DNA of 64,000 nt from Candidatus Poribacteria bacterium. GTDB lineage: Bacteria; Poribacteria; WGA-4E; WGA-3G. The stretch is from NCBI GenBank assembly GCA_964291315.2, contig OZ219753.1:3008001-3072000 (forward strand), written 5' to 3'. How positions within the stretch are numbered: position 1 is the first letter of the stretch; the number at the start of each line of letters is the position of its first letter. Below, piece by piece: positions 58,270 to 64,000 of the stretch. The position numbers and the translations under genes were made by a program. The notes under the pieces were generated by a model. It saw only the letters and a program-made list of their open reading frames with translations, ran no database searches and was not told the origin of the DNA.

Positions 58270-59088
58270 CACCTGTTGCCAAGTTTCTCGAACATAACCG
58301 ATTGCGTGTTCAAAACCGACTTCCCCTGAACGACTGGCCTCTTCGATGCTAAGCCAGCCATCATAACCGGCCTGTTGCATACGAGAAAAGACCGCTGGAA
58401 TCGGTGAGGCGCCGGTGCCAATACGAACCGCTTCGAACGCTCCTACTTCGCGTATATCGAAGATATGAAGCACAACGATGCGTTCAATAACTTTTTCCAA
58501 AAGAGCCAGCACATCTTCGCCGAGGACGAGTGGATTTGCTGTATCGAAACAGACACCGAGAGGCGTATCCGAAAGGACAGATAGAATTTCCAAGAAAATT
58601 TCTGCAGGTTGTGAGAAGTCCCAATAATCCCACGGGGCACCTTTAGTGTGGTTCTCGTAAGCGAGGGTTATACCGCAGCTTTCAGCCTCGTCAAGTGCGC
58701 GGCGAAATCCTTCTGTTACCCAGCTGATTCCTGCCGCGCGCTCGACCCCCGGACGGTTTTGCCCTGCGGTGATACGGACGAATGTTGCACCTAACGTTTT
58801 TGCTAAGGCGATGTCTGCCTTTAGATCGATTAACGCTTGTTGCCGCCGGGCCGCCTCGGGATGCGTGAAGTCGGAGTAACAGGCGAGCATGCACAGCTGG
58901 ACATCGAATTTTTCAAGGACAGCAACCGTGTGATCCAACGTTGTTATATCGCGTTCCGGGAAAAATTTGATGCTAAAATCGACGGCATCTAACCTTAATT
59001 CTGCCCCGAATTGAATCCAATCCGCAACACTGCTTTTTCCGGAAAAGATGTCGTCGTAAAGAGAAACGGGGAGACAACTGAGCTTCAT
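58258..59088 (-). CDS. Sugar phosphate isomerase/epimerase (TIM barrel)
   Basis: LAYENH, FDTAN, LHIFD, IGTG, GYDGWLSIE. Confidence 0.88.
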   Translation of the reverse strand: MKLSCLPVSLYDDIFSGKSSVADWIQFGAELRLDAVDFSIKFFPERDITTLDHTVAVLEKFDVQLCMLACYSDFTHPEAARRQQALIDLKADIALAKTLGATFVRITAGQNRPGVERAAGISWVTEGFRRALDEAESCGITLAYENHTKGAPWDYWDFSQPAEIFLEILSVLSDTPLGVCFDTANPLVLGEDVLALLEKVIERIVVLHIFDIREVGAFEAVRIGTGASPIPAVFSRMQQAGYDGWLSIEEASRSGEVGFEHAIGYVRETWQQVSSA

Positions 59089-59196
59089 GATCTGTTTTCC
59101 TTCTTTTTTTTATGCGGTGTAGTTATCTTAGTCGTAACGCGAGCTTGCTAATTATTTGGCTCCTCTTTGGATACAGAGAGCCCTGGTAGAACCGAA

Positions 59197-59250
59197 GAGG
59201 TTTTGTGAGAAGAGCTGAAGCAGCACAGACTCACAGTCTATGCTACAAGT
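59197..59250. repeat. Dispersed ~54-bp repeat, copy 2
   Basis: gaggttttgtgagaagagctgaagcagcacagactcacagtctatgctacaagt. Confidence 0.85.
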
Positions 59251-59263
59251 TAAGCGAATATCT

Positions 59264-61186
59264 TTAGAACATAAACCGGTACATCGGACGTTCCAAACCG
59301 ATGCCGATTAATGTCCAAATCGCCCCGACGGTGAATTCTCCTATAACCAATCCGATAAAGAACGGCATTGCCCGGCGATAGGTACGCAGACCGCCTGCCT
59401 GAAAGAGGATCGCTTTTATCCCCCACGATAAAAAGATTGAAAACCAATACCAACTTGTGTTCCAAAAACTGAGCGACAGTGCGTAGCCTGCGGGGTGGAA
59501 GGGCCACCAAATAAAACGCCGGCGCAGCATCATCAGGAGCGTCGTCAAGGTGATAGCCCCGCTCGAAGCGGAGACAGCGCCGATATCTACGGATTGCGGG
59601 TTAATGAGCCACTGCTTCAGCTGCTCATAAGTCCAGCGGCATTGCGCCTGCTCCCCATAGACCGCACCACCATAACGGTAACCTTGCGCGTAATACGCCC
59701 ACGCTGACGAAATAGTAGCGACAACGGTTACTAAGATAATAGCAACAATAAATCGATTATCTGCAAACCCACGGACCTGCGCTACTTTGAAACCCTCCAG
59801 CATAATCGGCATCGGATGCGAACGGTAGGATCGGTTAAAGCCGTGAAACATACTGAACGTCGTCAACCCCTCTGCCCCGATACGGCGCGTTCCGAAAAAG
59901 GAGACCAGCACTTTGTCGGGGCGCCAAGGCACGTCGTGTGCGGGCGGGCCAACTTCCGCGCGAACCCGGGTAATCGCAACTGCCAATGCGAAAAAGAGGA
60001 GAAAATAACCGAAGATGCTGAAGATAGGTGTCCCGGTGCTTTTGAAAAAGTAGAGCACAAAGAGACTACCGGCTATCAAGCCGAGTATTGCGTATCGCGT
60101 GTGTGTTGCGTGTGTACGGATAGTGTCGTCCTGTGCCTTGCCGCTCCGGAAGGCATTTTTCACCTGTTCTGTGATGAACTTTCGAGTGAGCCATATAGCG
60201 GAGATGCCTAAGCAGAACCACGCCCCAAACGACTGGGCATCCAGAAACGGAAATCCCGGCAGATGCCCGATGCCAGCCATCGTCCCCCATACGCGTGTTA
60301 GCTTGTGGAAGAGGTAAAAAAACCAGATAGAGAATGAAAGATCTAAGGGTATGAAGAAGCTCATCCCGATCGCAAAGGGATAGACAGCGATGGGCAGCGT
60401 TCCGATGGCGCTCAGCGGTTTTGTCTGGAAGTACTGACCCAAGTTGTAAAGCTTCCCACCTAATCCTGGCACAACTGGAAACAGAAAGTGGAGTCCGTTA
60501 AAGAGATTCATACCACCGGCAAGCACAGCAGCGAATAGGAATAAACGGTTTCTCAGGAGTGTACGTCCACCTTTTTCTGTTAGATGTAACGGAATCTGAA
60601 TAGTTGGATAACTCAACTTCTCATGGCTCACCCATTGGTGTCGGACTAGGACAGTGATGCAGAGCATCATACAGACTAGCACGATGATGAGAGCTGACCA
60701 CCAGAGAATTGGGCTCATCCAGAGCTGTAAGTGTTGCGCGGTGTGAAGAGATGAATCTCCGTGATAAAAAGTCGCCAACATACCCCGCTCTTTGATAGTG
60801 AGCCAATCTGGCATGTGCTGGCGGAACAGCTCGCCCCACTCATTCTCTGGACTTGCAAACCAGATCGGATAGGCAATTAGGGGCCACAAGATTTGAAGTG
60901 TATCATGTCCCGCGATAGAGGAGGCAATGGATACAAGTAGATAGATCACCATCAATTCAGCATCAGTGAAGCTGGCGTTCTTGCGGATTGCCCGGAGTAA
61001 CGGGTTTATCGCCATCAGGATCAGTATCACAAAGATGACATTGAAATAGAGGGTTGTGACGGTGGGGAAACTCTGACCGGTGCTATATCCACTGGGTCCC
61101 CAGTTAATCATGAGCCAGTAAGAGTTTGGAATAGTAATAAGGAGCGCGAGCAGCACAGCACGGAAACTAACATCTCTGTTCAGCAT
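59264..61186 (-). CDS. DUF6785/DUF6784-type polytopic membrane protein (peptide-transporter-like)
   Basis: 'SFRAVLL', 'ELMVIY', 'QWVSHEKLSYP', 'RVRAEVG', 'WWPFHPAGY', 'PFFIGLVIGE'. Confidence 0.75.
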   Translation of the reverse strand: MLNRDVSFRAVLLALLITIPNSYWLMINWGPSGYSTGQSFPTVTTLYFNVIFVILILMAINPLLRAIRKNASFTDAELMVIYLLVSIASSIAGHDTLQILWPLIAYPIWFASPENEWGELFRQHMPDWLTIKERGMLATFYHGDSSLHTAQHLQLWMSPILWWSALIIVLVCMMLCITVLVRHQWVSHEKLSYPTIQIPLHLTEKGGRTLLRNRLFLFAAVLAGGMNLFNGLHFLFPVVPGLGGKLYNLGQYFQTKPLSAIGTLPIAVYPFAIGMSFFIPLDLSFSIWFFYLFHKLTRVWGTMAGIGHLPGFPFLDAQSFGAWFCLGISAIWLTRKFITEQVKNAFRSGKAQDDTIRTHATHTRYAILGLIAGSLFVLYFFKSTGTPIFSIFGYFLLFFALAVAITRVRAEVGPPAHDVPWRPDKVLVSFFGTRRIGAEGLTTFSMFHGFNRSYRSHPMPIMLEGFKVAQVRGFADNRFIVAIILVTVVATISSAWAYYAQGYRYGGAVYGEQAQCRWTYEQLKQWLINPQSVDIGAVSASSGAITLTTLLMMLRRRFIWWPFHPAGYALSLSFWNTSWYWFSIFLSWGIKAILFQAGGLRTYRRAMPFFIGLVIGEFTVGAIWTLIGIGLERPMYRFMF

Positions 61187-61193
61187 CGTTTAT

Positions 61194-62099
61194 CTACCAA
61201 TTTGGATCGTAGTCCCATTGCACGCGCTGTCGCCCATAGGTTTTTCCGTCAATCTCGGTTTGGTGGCAGACGAGGCATCTATGGGAGTCGGTAACGCCGT
61301 GCAATTCGTGTGCTAAACGAATCTCCTCGGTATCGTGTTCGTGGCAGGTGGCACAGGTATAACTTTGATAGAAATTACCGGCGTAGATGGCGATTTTATC
61401 TTCAATTTTTCGTGCATGATAGGTGTGGTTGCTTTCAGTGTTTTTAATTGTCCACACGCTTCCCGCTTCTTTGATAGCAACGGGAGAAGTTTCGGGCACA
61501 CGACGATCATTCTGCAAGAGCCACCAGTGGAGGTCGTCCGGAACAGTGTCCGACGTATCCAATTCTTGCTGGAGCGCCACATCGACATGGAAGAGCAGCG
61601 GTTCAGAAGTATGGCATCTGGCACAAGGCACCTCATGAACACCGGTCAGCGGGAAGAAGTCATCGTGCTCAAGCTTTTTCTGACCGTGGAACACGATCCC
61701 AACAAGCAAGACAGGTGCAAGGATAAGATGGCACCGGAGGAGAATTCGGCGCGTACGACGCGCGGTTAAACTCACGGCGATACCGGTGCCTAAATTCAAT
61801 AACGCGAGCAGGAAGGTAACCCAAGAGTGCCATGCGATGGGCTGAAACGCCGAGTGCAGCAGCACAAGGCACAAGCCTAAGGAGGCAAGACGTTGATGAT
61901 ATTTTAGCCACGTCTGTCGGGACCCCCAACGCACCCAACGACTTCGAAGAATGTAGAGACCGGCGATGAAGATAGCGAGGGCGCCGATGATGCTGAGCAG
62001 GTGCCTCGCTTCGCCGAAGCTACCCGCCCGCCAAATACACAGAAATGAGATAACAGCGGCACCGATAAACCCATGTCCGATCTGAATAAATACTTGCAT
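61194..62099 (-). CDS. Membrane cytochrome b-like domain fused to a tri-heme cytochrome c domain containing an inserted module
   Basis: TM His pairs 'KYHQ...LLHS' and 'RCHL...VFHG'; CARCH, CATCH, CLVCH; 'FPLTGVH'. Confidence 0.75.
   Translation of the reverse strand: MQVFIQIGHGFIGAAVISFLCIWRAGSFGEARHLLSIIGALAIFIAGLYILRSRWVRWGSRQTWLKYHQRLASLGLCLVLLHSAFQPIAWHSWVTFLLALLNLGTGIAVSLTARRTRRILLRCHLILAPVLLVGIVFHGQKKLEHDDFFPLTGVHEVPCARCHTSEPLLFHVDVALQQELDTSDTVPDDLHWWLLQNDRRVPETSPVAIKEAGSVWTIKNTESNHTYHARKIEDKIAIYAGNFYQSYTCATCHEHDTEEIRLAHELHGVTDSHRCLVCHQTEIDGKTYGRQRVQWDYDPNW
61377..61604 (-). other. Inserted ~76-aa module, copy 3 (between heme motifs 1 and 2)
   Basis: EPLLFHVDVALQQELDTS...VWTIKNTESNHTYHARKIEDKIAIYAG. 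Confidence 0.8.
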
Positions 62100-62190
62100 G
62101 CCATCAGTTTAGCATACATGTAAAAACAGGACAAGGATTTAAATAACGTTCTGACACCTTTCACTGTTTTGACGACAGAAACGGAGGACG

Positions 62191-63999
62191 CTAAAAGGAG
62201 CGGACAACCTTTGCCACCAGCCGTTGTTTGAACTCTATCGCGTTCGGATCGCCCAGTATGATGAAAAAGTCCGTGCCAGCGTAACCCGAGCGTCGTAGCG
62301 CCAAGTAGATGTTAACGCCTTCTACTTGCCAGATTAACCGACTACCAAGGCTCAGGGCGTTACTGAAGTCGTAGGTGAGGGTTAGAATCTGTTGATAGCG
62401 CCTCTCAAAGTGCCATTGGACTTGCGATGTGATCCCTGCAGTGAAGCCGTATGCACGTAGATTCAATCCCCCGCCGAGGCTATGAATCTCCTCCCCCGCC
62501 CGTTCGCCCCCCTGGTAGATGACATTGACAGTGTTGAAGCGGTCTGAGGCACGGGCACCCAAAATTATGCTAAACAAATGATCTCTGAATTCTTTAAATC
62601 GTCCCCCTTTCCATGCGATCAGGAACGAGTAGTCGCTGTGTGTCAAAAGTTGCGAGGAGAGATTGAAGAGACGCTGGAAAAGCTCCCCATCGTAAGTGTT
62701 CGCGTTCTCCAGCTGGGCAAAGAGTTGCAGCCTGCGCACAAACCCCTCTTGCCATTCGTTCTGTAGCGTCACACCTAAGTTTGCCCCGCGGTACCCTGTG
62801 AACGGATAGTAACCCAGCGGATTGACGAAATCCGGGTCCACCGCGAATGCAATCAAGTACGAGCGGACGAGAGAGCTGTTGTACCCAAACCTTACCAACC
62901 CGAACCTCTTATCTGATTCTCCCGCCCAACTTTGAGTCAGCTCACCGCCCACAAAAAAATTACCGCGGCGCGCAAAACCTGACAGGTACCCAGCATTTTG
63001 GGCACCTGTGTCGGATTTATGGGACGACAGGAATGCAGCGTCTAAACTGGTGGTCGCAGTGATCGACTGTGAAGCCCGGATCAGAAAGTTCTGGTTGTTT
63101 TTGTGATATGTGCCTAAAGAACCGACAGTTGTGTTTTTGCCAATCTTCCCAAACAGGTTCAGACCGCCATCCATATCTACTATCCGCCGTGAATGAAAAA
63201 AACCACCTAGATTGTAGATATTGCCACCCTCCGAAAAGAAGGGGCGCCGATCCGGCACGTAGCGTTCGCCGTAGGAGAAATCGATGCCCTCCACAGCTTG
63301 TTCAACATTATCAAAATCGGGATTCGCTGTCCCGATCAGGCGCAATTGTGGTGTAACTTCATAGCGGATATCCGCACCTCCGCGCGCAGTGTATTCCCTC
63401 TCGTCGGTATCCGTTTCGCTAATACCACCAATCAGATACGGCAATAACTTGATTTCCCGCCTACGAGGCGGCGGCAGCACATCCATCCAATGACCATCGT
63501 TCTCTTGAGAGTCATTCACGCCTAAGTTACACCACCACGAACGTTCCCCGGTGCGTTGTTGGAATCTGTCAATGTTGATCCCCATTTGAACAGATTGAGT
63601 CGTGTCAGGATAATCCAGCATCTGCCACGGGATTTCCATCTCTACAATCCATCCGTCTTCTACAATGCGCGCTGCAGCTTTCCACAGCCCGATCCATTCG
63701 CTTTTCTCCGCACGGCCCGTCGCGAGGTGTGCGTATTTTGTGCCAAGCGGATTTACAACAAAATAATTTCTGTCAAGTCCCTGGTGTGTATGGAATGGAT
63801 CAAGACTGAAAGAAACCGAATCTTCGTCTCTGATTCGCGCCTGGTCTTTGGTTTGGCGTGCTACAATTTTATCAGGCATATCATCGTAGAGATGAAGCCC
63901 TACGTAGATGGCTGTGTCCGTATAAACGAGGCGACCGATGGATTGATTTTTCGCTGGCTTTTCAGTGCGCTGATCGGTGAAACCTGTCGCTTGCGGCGC
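62191..63999 (-). CDS. CBM9-like + DUF5916 outer-membrane beta-barrel protein (5' end outside window)
   Basis: Frame open to the window edge; 'FVVNPLG', 'GWIVEMEIPW', 'TANPDFDNVE', 'RRPFFSEG', 'FFHSRRI'; ends in F. Confidence 0.8.
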   Translation of the reverse strand, partial: APQATGFTDQRTEKPAKNQSIGRLVYTDTAIYVGLHLYDDMPDKIVARQTKDQARIRDEDSVSFSLDPFHTHQGLDRNYFVVNPLGTKYAHLATGRAEKSEWIGLWKAAARIVEDGWIVEMEIPWQMLDYPDTTQSVQMGINIDRFQQRTGERSWWCNLGVNDSQENDGHWMDVLPPPRRREIKLLPYLIGGISETDTDEREYTARGGADIRYEVTPQLRLIGTANPDFDNVEQAVEGIDFSYGERYVPDRRPFFSEGGNIYNLGGFFHSRRIVDMDGGLNLFGKIGKNTTVGSLGTYHKNNQNFLIRASQSITATTSLDAAFLSSHKSDTGAQNAGYLSGFARRGNFFVGGELTQSWAGESDKRFGLVRFGYNSSLVRSYLIAFAVDPDFVNPLGYYPFTGYRGANLGVTLQNEWQEGFVRRLQLFAQLENANTYDGELFQRLFNLSSQLLTHSDYSFLIAWKGGRFKEFRDHLFSIILGARASDRFNTVNVIYQGGERAGEEIHSLGGGLNLRAYGFTAGITSQVQWHFERRYQQILTLTYDFSNALSLGSRLIWQVEGVNIYLALRRSGYAGTDFFIILGDPNAIEFKQRLVAKVVRSF

Positions 64000-64000
64000 G

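Overview
Gene-dense bacterial window that looks like Candidatus Poribacteria. This is an inference from the LRR/dockerin/'YPNPFNPETWIPY' C-terminal proteins, three PhyH dioxygenases, LamG/ConA proteins with a shared C-terminal tag, and a DUF6785-type membrane protein. It carries housekeeping genes (aspS, der, serA, msrA, moaB, rluD), transporters, many secreted proteins, and a two-gene PLD-helicase + DNA methyltransferase defence locus whose MTase is broken by a G9 tract. I saw no rRNA, tRNA, CRISPR array or transposase. The most striking observation is one ~75-80 aa module (LLF...EL...W-x10-Y-x8-L-x2-Y-x-G) sitting in frame inside three unrelated proteins: AspRS, a multiheme cytochrome and a vWA protein. 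Other leads are the probably phase-variable MTase, a HEPN protein with a structured ~200-nt leader, a candidate structured ncRNA beside msrA, a putative C-terminal sorting signal, and several small intergenic repeat families. All family assignments come from motif recognition by eye, not database searches.
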